Positions 55,961-64,000 of a stretch of DNA of 64,000 bases are shown one piece after another. This DNA is from Candidatus Wallbacteria bacterium (GTDB taxonomy: Bacteria; Muiribacteriota; JAQTZZ01), in the NCBI GenBank assembly GCA_028687545.1, contig JAQTZZ010000014.1:9348-73347 (forward strand), written 5' to 3'. The translations under genes and the position numbers were made by a program. The first letter of the stretch is position 1, and each line of letters begins with the position of its first letter. The notes under the pieces are model-generated. The model ran no database searches. It was not told where the DNA came from and worked only from the letters and a program-made list of their open reading frames with translations.

Positions 55961-57772
55961 TCAAATTTCAACCCTGGTGATCACGCCGTGCAGCTTCTCA
56001 GACGGCAGACGATAGAACTCAATGTAATGAGGCGTATTTTTACGAATGAAGCGGAAGATTTTCCAGACCGGACTCTCAGTATCGATCTCTTCAACTCCAT
56101 AAAATATTGCTACCGCGTTGATGCTGGCTTCGGTCAGGACTTTCTCCAGTTCCACATGCTCCATGTACCCCGCGCTGATCAGGAACGGCCGCAAACCGGG
56201 CGCGATTTCTTCTCCAAAAACGGAGGTAATGCCATACGGTTTTGTGGTGTAAGAAACAGAAACCAGGTAGGAATTGCAGTATATGATCCGATGAGTGAAA
56301 AAAGTCCTGACTATGTATGGAGGAATGAAATTCGGATCTCTTGCCAGAAACACTGCATTCCCTTCAAGCATCCGCCCATTGGAACGCGCTTCCAGGTATT
56401 TTTCCCTGAATTCCGAGAGTGGAGTGGGTTTCAATCTTGAGAAAAGACGGCGTTGTCCATTGGTGTATAGCAGTATCAGGAATAGAGGGATCGAGGAAAT
56501 CACCAGAGTCCAGTATCCTCCCTGAGGAATCTTGTGGAGATTGGCTAAAAGGTAGATAAGATCGACAAAAGTGACAATCACTGCTGCAGCCAGATGCAGT
56601 TTTTTCTTACGGATGAAAAAAATCCAGCTCATCAGAATCCCGGTGATAGTCATGGTCCCTGTTACAGCCAGCCCGTAAGCAGCCGCAAGACCTGCCGAAT
56701 TCTTGAAAACAAACATCATCAGCAGCACAAAAAAGCAGAGAAACCAGTTCACGATCCCGATGTAGATCTGGGAGCGGATGCGGGCAGAAGTGTAATCGAT
56801 GCCCAGCAGAGGAATCAGGCGGACAGCCATTGCCTGGAAAGCGATGGAAAACATCCCGCTGATCATGGCCTGGGAAGCGATCACAGTCGCCATGATGCTG
56901 AGAATCAGGAATGGAACGTACAATGGTCTGGATAGCGCATATACCATAGAAAACAAAGGATTCGTAACGATGGGATGAAGCAATAGAAAAGCGCCCTGGC
57001 CAAGATAGCAGAGGATCAGAGTAAAGTATACGAAATACCAGGCCCGCACGATCGGCAGACGGCCCAGATGGCCCATGTCCGCGTAAAGGGCTTCGCCACC
57101 TGTGCTGCAAAGGATTACTGCCGAGAGGATTAAAAACCCATGAATTCCATGATTGACGAGGAAATAGAGTCCTTCCAGCGGATTCAATGCCCGCAGAACA
57201 CCGGGTGCCTTTATAATCCAATACATGCCATAGAGTCCAAGAGTTATGAACCATAGGAACATCACAGGTCCGAATGTTCCGGCCACCTTTTCAGTACCGA
57301 ATCTCTGAAATGAAAAGAGGAAAATCGCGATAGTGCCGGCCAGAATAATTAGTGTCCATTGAGAAAAGTTTAGGCAGCCTGGGATCAGCCTGATGCCTTC
57401 TACTGCACTCAAGATACTGATCGAAGGCGTGATCACTCCATCTCCGATCAGAAGGGATATGCCCAGATAAGACATGAATGTCATGAAAATCAAGCGCCGA
57501 CCCCGGAGCCTTGGCTTGATGATCTCTGCCAGCACCAGCGTGCCTCCCTCGCCGTTCAGTGAAAGATGAGTGGCAAGCCAGGCATATTCTACAGTGACCA
57601 GCACGAAAAGGGTCCAGAGAATCAGCGAAATGATTCCGATGATATTTGCCGATTCGGGTGGTATCAACAGGAATATTACTGCCAGAGTATAAAGCGGGCT
57701 GGTACCGATATCACCGAAAACTAGTCCGAGAGATTTAAGAAACGAAGAATAATCCGTAACCGGTTTTTTCAA
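55961..57772 (-). CDS. kup: KUP/HAK/KT potassium transporter (copy 2)
   Basis: Same KUP motifs as copy 1. Probable TTG start at 57772 after GGAGG gives an N-terminus similar in length to copy 1. Confidence 0.93.
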   Translation of the reverse strand: MKKPVTDYSSFLKSLGLVFGDIGTSPLYTLAVIFLLIPPESANIIGIISLILWTLFVLVTVEYAWLATHLSLNGEGGTLVLAEIIKPRLRGRRLIFMTFMSYLGISLLIGDGVITPSISILSAVEGIRLIPGCLNFSQWTLIILAGTIAIFLFSFQRFGTEKVAGTFGPVMFLWFITLGLYGMYWIIKAPGVLRALNPLEGLYFLVNHGIHGFLILSAVILCSTGGEALYADMGHLGRLPIVRAWYFVYFTLILCYLGQGAFLLLHPIVTNPLFSMVYALSRPLYVPFLILSIMATVIASQAMISGMFSIAFQAMAVRLIPLLGIDYTSARIRSQIYIGIVNWFLCFFVLLMMFVFKNSAGLAAAYGLAVTGTMTITGILMSWIFFIRKKKLHLAAAVIVTFVDLIYLLANLHKIPQGGYWTLVISSIPLFLILLYTNGQRRLFSRLKPTPLSEFREKYLEARSNGRMLEGNAVFLARDPNFIPPYIVRTFFTHRIIYCNSYLVSVSYTTKPYGITSVFGEEIAPGLRPFLISAGYMEHVELEKVLTEASINAVAIFYGVEEIDTESPVWKIFRFIRKNTPHYIEFYRLPSEKLHGVITRVEI

Positions 57773-57804
57773 GACTCCTCCAACGGGCAGTGGAGGAGTA
57801 ACAT
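57769..57804 (-). other. Candidate 11-aa leader uORF (MLLLHCPLEES) whose stop overlaps the kup2 start
   Basis: ATG 57804 to TGA 57771-57769, overlapping TTG 57772-57770; spans the 9-bp hairpin at 57774-57799. Confidence 0.45.
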
Positions 57805-57817
57805 TCCGCCATTGCCC

Positions 57818-57986
57818 TTCCAAATGCCTGCGAGGTTAGCTGACGGGCTCGGGCCTGGAAGTGCCCTTCCCGGACTCTTACAAAGTACTCTTTGTTAGAG
57901 GCTGGGATACGCCCCGGAGATTGGTTCCCCCGCACCCCTAAAGTTTCTAACCTCAAAGGTAAGAGACTCTCGGGATTTAGGCTGCA
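57818..57986 (-). ncRNA. c-di-AMP (ydaO/yuaA) riboswitch 2
   Basis: GCAGCCTAAATCC..GCGGGGGAACCA..CCCGAGCCCGTCAGCTAACCTCGCAGGC; 3' part nearly identical to riboswitch 1, 5' stem longer. Confidence 0.9.
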
Positions 57987-58107
57987 TCCGGATGACTTTA
58001 TACCCAGGCTGCTGGTTTGTCAAGAGACTATTGTTTTTTAGCAGATCAGGGAATAAAATGATTCCGAACCGGAAATATAAGGTATTTTTAATTCCCGGAG
58101 GGTTCAA

Positions 58108-58380
58108 TTGGATAAGGTAGTCTTGACAGCCTTCGGCATGGATAAGGTCGGGATCGTGGGAAAGATCACCACCCGGCTTGCGGAATACAACTGCTCCATT
58201 CTGGACATGACCCAGACCCTGATGAAGGAGATGTTCACCATGATGATCATCTTCAATACCCAGGGCTCCTCGCTCGCCTTCAATGAACTGAAGGAAAAGC
58301 TCGAGGGGCTTGGGGAAGAGCTGGGAATCAAGATCTTTGTTCAGCATGAGAATGTTTTCAGGTATATGCATAGATTATAA
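58108..58380 (+). CDS. ACT domain protein (UPF0237)
   Basis: VVLTAFGMDKVGIV, ILDMTQT, QHENVFRYMHRL; precedes a UPF0210 gene. Confidence 0.9.
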   Translation: MDKVVLTAFGMDKVGIVGKITTRLAEYNCSILDMTQTLMKEMFTMMIIFNTQGSSLAFNELKEKLEGLGEELGIKIFVQHENVFRYMHRL

Positions 58381-58393
58381 AGACAGGTACAAA

Positions 58394-58467
58394 AGATACG
58401 AGGCACGAGGTTTTAGGTGCGAGGGAAGAAAAATTCCGAACCCCGAATCCCGGACCGCGAACCCCGC
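58394..58467. repeat. Heptamer-repeat hairpin related to 40158-40229
   Basis: GAGGCAC GAGGTTT TAGGTGC GAGG followed by CCGAACC CCGAATC CCGGACC GCGAACC CCGC. Confidence 0.6.
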
Positions 58468-58523
58468 AAAAACAGGATGATTTTTATGACAGCAGGAATT
58501 TCATTAGCTGACCAGGAGTCCTC

Positions 58524-59885
58524 ATGAGCATCCGCCCTGAAGAAATCCTCGAAACCATAGGTATGATCGAGGTTTCACACTTTGACATCCGCACAGTCAC
58601 CATGGGGATCTCCCTCAGGGACTGTTCAGGCAATTCAGTGGGCGAGATTGCGGACAAGGTTTATAAAAAAATCGTGATGAAAGCTAATTCCCTGGTCAAA
58701 ACCGCCAGAGAGGTCGAGGTTAAATACGGCATCCCGATCATCAACAAAAGAATCTCAGTAACCCCGGTCTCGATCTTCGCTGAATCAGCCAAGGAGCATG
58801 ATTATACAGAGATCGCCAGAGCCATGGATCGGGCCGCCAAGGATGTCGGAGTCAATTTCATCGGAGGGTTTACAGCGCTGGTTCACAAGGGTGCCACTCC
58901 AGGCGATGACAGTCTGATGGAATCGATCCCTGTCGCACTGTCACAAACGGAACGCGTCTGCGGCTCTGTGAATCTCGCTTCCACCAAATGCGGGATCAAT
59001 CTGGACGCTGTCTATAAAATGTCCAAAATCATTAAGGAACTGGCACGCCTCACCAAAGACCAGGGCAGCATCGGCTGCGCCAAGCTCGTGGTGTTCGCGA
59101 ACGTGCCTGAAGACAATCCATTCATGGCAGGTGCTTTCCATGGTATCGGAGAGCCTGACTGCATCATCAACGTGGGGATCTCAGGGCCGGGTGTTGTTCT
59201 CTCAGCCGTGGAAGCAGCGCCAGATGCCGATATGACCGAACTCTCCAACATCATCAAGAAAACCGCCTTCAAGATCACCCGGATGGGAGAGATGGCGGGA
59301 CAGGAAGTCTCACGCATGCTGGGAATACCCTTTGGAATTGTCGATATCTCTCTGGCTCCGACTCCAGCCCCGGGTGACAGCGTAGCTGAAATCCTGGAAA
59401 AAATGGGACTGGAAAAATGCGGCACTCACGGCACCACCTGCTGCCTGGCCATGCTCAACGATGCGGTAAAAAAAGGCGGAGTGATGGCTACCTCACATGT
59501 CGGGGGATTGTCAGGGGCTTTCATTCCTGTATCGGAAGACGCCAACATGATCGCTGCGGTCCGCGCAGGAGCATTGAGCCTTGACAAGCTGGAAGCCATG
59601 ACCTGCGTCTGCTCTGTCGGTCTGGACATGGTGGCAGTCCCAGGCGACACACCGGATGAGACCATCGCCGCCATCATCGCAGATGAAATGGCGATCGGAG
59701 TCATCAACAATAAAACCACTGCGGTCCGGATCATCCCGGTCTATGGGAAAAACGTCGGGGAGTCCGTGAGCTTCGGTGGCCTGCTTGGTGAAGCCCCGAT
59801 CATGCCTGTCAACAAGTTCAGCTCCTACAAATTCATCAAGCGCGGTGGCAGGGTGCCGGCACCTATCCAAAGTCTGACTAATTAA
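58524..59885 (+). CDS. PFL family protein (UPF0210/DUF711)
   Basis: [58 protein letters not shown]. Confidence 0.94.
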   Translation: MSIRPEEILETIGMIEVSHFDIRTVTMGISLRDCSGNSVGEIADKVYKKIVMKANSLVKTAREVEVKYGIPIINKRISVTPVSIFAESAKEHDYTEIARAMDRAAKDVGVNFIGGFTALVHKGATPGDDSLMESIPVALSQTERVCGSVNLASTKCGINLDAVYKMSKIIKELARLTKDQGSIGCAKLVVFANVPEDNPFMAGAFHGIGEPDCIINVGISGPGVVLSAVEAAPDADMTELSNIIKKTAFKITRMGEMAGQEVSRMLGIPFGIVDISLAPTPAPGDSVAEILEKMGLEKCGTHGTTCCLAMLNDAVKKGGVMATSHVGGLSGAFIPVSEDANMIAAVRAGALSLDKLEAMTCVCSVGLDMVAVPGDTPDETIAAIIADEMAIGVINNKTTAVRIIPVYGKNVGESVSFGGLLGEAPIMPVNKFSSYKFIKRGGRVPAPIQSLTN

Positions 59886-59902
59886 AATTTGCTAGAGGGT
59901 CC

Positions 59903-60706
59903 ATGGACAACAAAAGCTTAGAACTGGAAAACATTCTACAGGAATGTGAAGAGATTAAAAAACAGCTTCTGAACAGAAATGTCCAGCAAATGGATTATTT
60001 CAATATGGCTTTAACCAGCATTCAAAAACATGCCCGCAATGTAATCAAGCAGTTCAACCGTGAATTGCAGCAGATAAATCTGAATCGCCATATCATCAGC
60101 TCCCAGGAAGAGGAATACAAGAGAATCACCCGTGAAATACATGACGGTCCTGCGCAGACGATGTCCAACCTGATCCTGCATCTGGAGCTTTACGAACAAG
60201 TGAAAGACAGCAATCAGGAGGAGGCAGCCAAGGAATTGACCAGAGTAGGAGAACTCGGCAGAGAAACCATGCTGATGATGCGCAGCTTTCTCCGCGAATT
60301 CCGCCCCATGGCACTGGATGACCTGGGACTGATACCAGCGATCAACCGCTACCTGGAGCAATTTAAAAAAGACACGGGCATCAATCTGATCATCTCGCTG
60401 GATGAAACCCTCAACTTCACAAAAGAGATGCAGATCAACCTTTACAGGATTATCCAGGAATCATTGCACAACATCAGGAAACACAGCCAGGCTAAAAATG
60501 TGACGATCGAACTTGAGAAAGTAGACCAGCTCTGTTATTTAACGATCAAGGATGACGGGAAGGGTTTCTCACTGCATGCGGATTTCGAGGGGCATTTCGG
60601 GTTGATCAACCTCAGGGAGCGCATGGGCCTGGTCAACGGAACCTTCAAGATCAAAACTGAACCCGGCAAAGGCTGCGAAATTACCTGCAGCTTCGCGGAG
60701 GCGTAA
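59903..60706 (+). CDS. Cytoplasmic HisKA_3 histidine kinase (DegS-like)
   Basis: REIHDGPAQ, ELRP-like EFRPMALDDLGL, QESLHNIRKHSQA, DDGKGF, FGLINLRER. Confidence 0.9.
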   Translation: MDNKSLELENILQECEEIKKQLLNRNVQQMDYFNMALTSIQKHARNVIKQFNRELQQINLNRHIISSQEEEYKRITREIHDGPAQTMSNLILHLELYEQVKDSNQEEAAKELTRVGELGRETMLMMRSFLREFRPMALDDLGLIPAINRYLEQFKKDTGINLIISLDETLNFTKEMQINLYRIIQESLHNIRKHSQAKNVTIELEKVDQLCYLTIKDDGKGFSLHADFEGHFGLINLRERMGLVNGTFKIKTEPGKGCEITCSFAEA

Positions 60707-60707
60707 G

Positions 60708-61016
60708 ATTAATCAGCGCAGAAAGTTCTTCCGGAAGAAAACAGTGATCCAGGCCAGAGCGGAATTCCAGGGCAGGAGTGTTCCTGTCATGATCACCGGG
60801 CTATCGGGTTCAGGCTGTGAACTGGAGAGCAAGGAGGAATTGGCCACTGATCTGCTGCTGTCCTTTGAGTTTTTAGGCAACTCATATTCCATGAGGGTCA
60901 GGCTGGTCTGGCAGTTCCAGAAGGACAAATTCTATTCCGGCGGGGAACTCCTGATCAGCAGCCAGGCGCGAACTGAGATAGTAGACTGGATTCTAAGCGA
61001 GATTTTTCCAAAATGA
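60708..61016 (+). CDS. PilZ-like domain protein (probable ATT start; track starts at GTG 60744)
   Basis: The in-frame upstream extension gives NQRRKFFRKK (RxxxR), followed by GLSGSG; GGAGG lies 6 nt before ATT 60708. Confidence 0.6.
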   Translation: MNQRRKFFRKKTVIQARAEFQGRSVPVMITGLSGSGCELESKEELATDLLLSFEFLGNSYSMRVRLVWQFQKDKFYSGGELLISSQARTEIVDWILSEIFPK

Positions 61017-61402
61017 TTTATTTAATCTGGTTATTAGGCGGGCTTCTTTTTACCAGTGTGGCGATTTACATGCTCTATCTTTTTTATTATCAGGAAATCT
61101 ACCGCCTGGAACAGATCGCTGAAGAATATCCCGGTTACGCAGATGTCAGATTCAAACTTGGCAAGATCTACCGAGAACGCAGAAAATACGACAAAGCCAA
61201 GCTATACCTGGAAGAGGCAGTGAAGATCTATCCGTATTATCTTGAAGCCTATAAGGAACTTTACGAAATATTCCTGTCCCTGAATGACAGAGAGTCGGCC
61301 CGCAACATCCTTAAAAGGCTCAAGCAATTTGCCGAGAGTCAGCAGGATTCCGCGATGCTCTCATTTGCCAAAAACAAATTGGCCGAGCATGAAAACCCTT
61401 AG
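61013..61402 (+). CDS. Membrane-anchored TPR protein
   Basis: N-terminal TM; PGYADVRFKLG..A..IYPYY TPRs. Confidence 0.8.
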   Translation: MIYLIWLLGGLLFTSVAIYMLYLFYYQEIYRLEQIAEEYPGYADVRFKLGKIYRERRKYDKAKLYLEEAVKIYPYYLEAYKELYEIFLSLNDRESARNILKRLKQFAESQQDSAMLSFAKNKLAEHENP

Positions 61403-62744
61403 AGCAAAGATAAACTTCCATTTTCTGGTGCTGTCTGCGATCACAATCCTGGTGCTGGCAATTTTTTCAGTGGTGATCCTGCAAAAGCTCATGCTGCAGA
61501 GAGGCCTGGAAAACGCCCAGTTTCTGGCCCGCAGCATTGCCCTGATGGTGGACGCAAATTTCAGCAACACCGACCGTCTCGACCGATTCTTAGCTGATAT
61601 AGCGGAATTCTGGCATCTTTCCCAGGTCACGGTCAGGGATGGAGACGAAATCCTCTATAGCTTTCCAAAAGTACAGAATGATCTGAAATCCGGTAAGTCT
61701 GCCCGGGTGAAATTTCTGGAAGCCAGCTACTACTTCGATCTCACCCGCTTCGTGGAAGTCAAGACTCCGCTCGCGCTCGGGGGGCGCAGCGCCGAGATCG
61801 TAGTCAAGCTTTCGATCGTCAACCTGCAGGAAGCTATCGGCTCGCTCATATTGGATTACGCCATCATCTCTTTCGTAGTCTTCAGCCTTGTTTATTTCAT
61901 CACCAACTTCATCTCCCGCCTGATTGTGGGACCGATCAGGGCTACAGCCATGGCAGCCAGGGGCGTCGCAGCAGGGGATTACCGGGAGATCAAGGGAATA
62001 GAAGCCGAAAACGAACTGGGTGAACTGATCACTGCTTTCAACACCATGGTGGGAAATCTGAAAAAATCCATGGAGGAAAACAAGCTGGCCATGGTGGGTA
62101 AAATGTCGGCCAGTATCGCCCATGAGATCCGCAATCCTCTGGTAACGATGCAGGGCCTGACTGAGGTCATGCTGGAAGAGGCCGTTGTTCCGGAATTCAA
62201 GAAAGACCTGCGGGTGATCCAGAAAGAAGTACAACGCCTGAATCTTTTCGTGGAACAGCTTCTCCAGTTCGCCCGCCCCAAGCCACTCGAATTCAAGAAG
62301 GAAAATCTCCAGAAGCTCACCGGAGAGGTTCTCACGATGATGAAGCACGACTTCAAGCAGAAGAAGATAGAAATAGTGCAGGAATGGGAGAACATCCCCG
62401 AACCGCTGGTAGATGCCAATTCAATCAAACAGGTCTTCCTGAATCTCCTGTATAATGCACTGCATTTTTCCAATCAGAATACTGTCATCAGCATCAAAGG
62501 ATACTTCGGGAACCTGGAACGCGGACATCTTAAAGTCGAAATCTCAGATAAGGGCGCAGGCATCCCGGCTGAAACTCTGCCCCGTGTATTCGAACCTTTT
62601 TTCACCACCAGGGAAGGCGGGAGCGGCCTGGGTCTCGCAATCGTCCGCCGGATCATGCAGGCCCACGGCGGTGATATCTATCTCCTGTCGCGGGAAGGCG
62701 TAGGCACGACAGCGGTTCTGTTCTTCCCCCTGACTGACGCGTAA
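61389..62744 (+). CDS. Membrane sensor histidine kinase with HAMP domain
   Basis: 2 TM, HAMP, AHEIRNPL, QVFLNLLYNA, DKGAGI, FEPFFTT, GSGLGL. Start reassigned to ATG 61389. Confidence 0.92.
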   Translation: MKTLRAKINFHFLVLSAITILVLAIFSVVILQKLMLQRGLENAQFLARSIALMVDANFSNTDRLDRFLADIAEFWHLSQVTVRDGDEILYSFPKVQNDLKSGKSARVKFLEASYYFDLTRFVEVKTPLALGGRSAEIVVKLSIVNLQEAIGSLILDYAIISFVVFSLVYFITNFISRLIVGPIRATAMAARGVAAGDYREIKGIEAENELGELITAFNTMVGNLKKSMEENKLAMVGKMSASIAHEIRNPLVTMQGLTEVMLEEAVVPEFKKDLRVIQKEVQRLNLFVEQLLQFARPKPLEFKKENLQKLTGEVLTMMKHDFKQKKIEIVQEWENIPEPLVDANSIKQVFLNLLYNALHFSNQNTVISIKGYFGNLERGHLKVEISDKGAGIPAETLPRVFEPFFTTREGGSGLGLAIVRRIMQAHGGDIYLLSREGVGTTAVLFFPLTDA

Positions 62745-62746
62745 CA

Positions 62747-63442
62747 ATGAAACTGCAAAAACTTCTGGCTGACCCGATCGGAGTATTGAAAAGGCGGATC
62801 CGGCTTCTTTTTCAACGGCTCAAATACCGTTCAGGACGTGATTACAGATCAAAGGACTACTGGGACGAACGGCACAAAACCCATGGACTGGAACTGACAG
62901 GCGTAGGAGATGCCGGATTATCGACTGAGGAAAACCTGAAAGATTACGAGACTGCCGGTAAAACCCTGGCACTTTTGCTGGACCAGTGCAGCCTTGATTA
63001 TTCCAGGATCAGCATTCTTGACATCGGATGCGGAAACGGCTATTACGCGCAACTTCTCAAATCAAAAGGTGCAGCCAATTATCGCGGGATCGACATCAGC
63101 GACGTGCTTTTCCCTGAATTGAGGGCGAAAAGCGGTTTCAGATTCGACAGGCTGGACATCGGTTCCGACAGCCTTGAGGATATTTATGATCTGGTCTTGA
63201 TGATTGACGTCACCCAGCATATCGTTTTCGACGATAAATTTTCGTTCGCCATGAGGAATGTCAGGGAGCACCTCAAACCTGGAGGAAGTTTTGTCGTTAC
63301 CTCATTCCTTTCGGAAAAGAAACGGCACAGCTTCTACGAAGTGTCTCGCCCATTTGAACTCTATTGGAAGGAATTTCCCGGCTTCCATTTCTCAAATCCT
63401 TTGCCGTTCCGCGACAAGTTCATTTTCCTGATCAGGAAATAA
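62747..63442 (+). CDS. Class I SAM-dependent methyltransferase
   Basis: YWDERH, ILDIGCGNG, GIDIS, LKPGG. Confidence 0.88.
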   Translation: MKLQKLLADPIGVLKRRIRLLFQRLKYRSGRDYRSKDYWDERHKTHGLELTGVGDAGLSTEENLKDYETAGKTLALLLDQCSLDYSRISILDIGCGNGYYAQLLKSKGAANYRGIDISDVLFPELRAKSGFRFDRLDIGSDSLEDIYDLVLMIDVTQHIVFDDKFSFAMRNVREHLKPGGSFVVTSFLSEKKRHSFYEVSRPFELYWKEFPGFHFSNPLPFRDKFIFLIRK

Positions 63443-63518
63443 TAGAGATTCCAGAAACCTCTTCACCATTTGGCGGTACTCTTGATTGCAGCTATAATTA
63501 AATCAGAAGGGAGAAAGT

Positions 63519-64000
63519 ATGAGGTTTTGGCTGTTCCTTCTGATTCTTACGTCAATCCCGGCCCTGTGTGCCGATTCTACTACAACCGTAGCCAAATGGA
63601 GCGCCTGGACGGTCATGATCTGGATGGACGGGGACAACAACCTGGAGCCGTATGCGATCAGGAACATGAATCAGATCGAGAAGGGTTTCGTCGAAGACAG
63701 GGGCTTGCGGGTCGTGGTGCAGCTGGACAGGATCACAGGCTATGACACTTCGAACGGCAACTGGACAGACACCAGGCGCTTCCTGATCAAGCACGATTCG
63801 GACGAGGCGAACATCGGCTCCACCATGCTCCAGGACATGGGTGAAATCAACATGGGTTCAGGCACAGAACTCAATAATTTCATCTCTTACTGCGTTACCA
63901 ATTTCCCGGCCCGAAAATATATGCTCATCCTCTGGGACCACGGCTACGGCTGGATCGACCAGGGTCTGGATACCCAGGAAACGGACGTGATCAGGACGCA
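63519..64000 (+). CDS. Clostripain-related (C11) cysteine peptidase, runs off the right edge (not in the ORF track)
   Basis: Manual translation: signal peptide MRFWLFLLIL, WTVMIWMDGDNNLE, VVVQLDR, EINMG, FPARKYMLILWDHGYGW. Confidence 0.88.
   Translation, partial: MRFWLFLLILTSIPALCADSTTTVAKWSAWTVMIWMDGDNNLEPYAIRNMNQIEKGFVEDRGLRVVVQLDRITGYDTSNGNWTDTRRFLIKHDSDEANIGSTMLQDMGEINMGSGTELNNFISYCVTNFPARKYMLILWDHGYGWIDQGLDTQETDVIRT

Noticed and set aside
57735-57956. 73-aa ORF upstream of kup2
   Set aside because: Mostly read through the riboswitch; only its last 25 codons (from ATG 57812) are kept as a possible uORF.
57895-58371. 158-aa minus-strand ORF
   Set aside because: Antisense shadow of the well-supported ACT gene.
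800-63794. Numerous short antisense or alternate-frame ORFs in the track
   Set aside because: They lie within longer motif-supported genes and show no family signatures.
1-64000. tRNA, rRNA, prophage, integrase or toxin-antitoxin loci
   Set aside because: No supporting sequence seen; intergenic gaps are short and explained by promoters, terminators, repeats or riboswitches.

Overview
This is a gene-dense chromosomal segment (roughly 50% GC by eye) from an anaerobic, probably diderm bacterium with many Firmicutes-like traits; a poorly characterised candidate phylum is plausible but is inference. Housekeeping genes include tlyA-nadK, ecfA2-ecfT-truA-rplM-rpsI, a PPIase with mazG, addA-addB, recA-recX, pruA, mprF, hydE, a xanthine-dehydrogenase-family operon and two tandem kup K+ transporters. 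There are also many TPR and envelope proteins, including a PorV-family barrel. I found no CRISPR array, integrase, transposase, rRNA or tRNA. The most interesting signals are non-coding or missed by the ORF track. (1) Each kup gene has its own c-di-AMP (ydaO) riboswitch, and the kup2 leader adds an SD-sequestering hairpin crossed by an 11-codon uORF whose stop overlaps the kup2 TTG start. (2) Three related MITE-like inverted-repeat elements each contain or abut a host stop codon. (3) A 15-bp palindrome lies on the recA -10 box. (4) A PilZ-like gene appears to start at ATT. (5) A minimal ApbE/EetA/EetB-like flavinylation module is present. None of these is shown to be a new system; each comes with a test.
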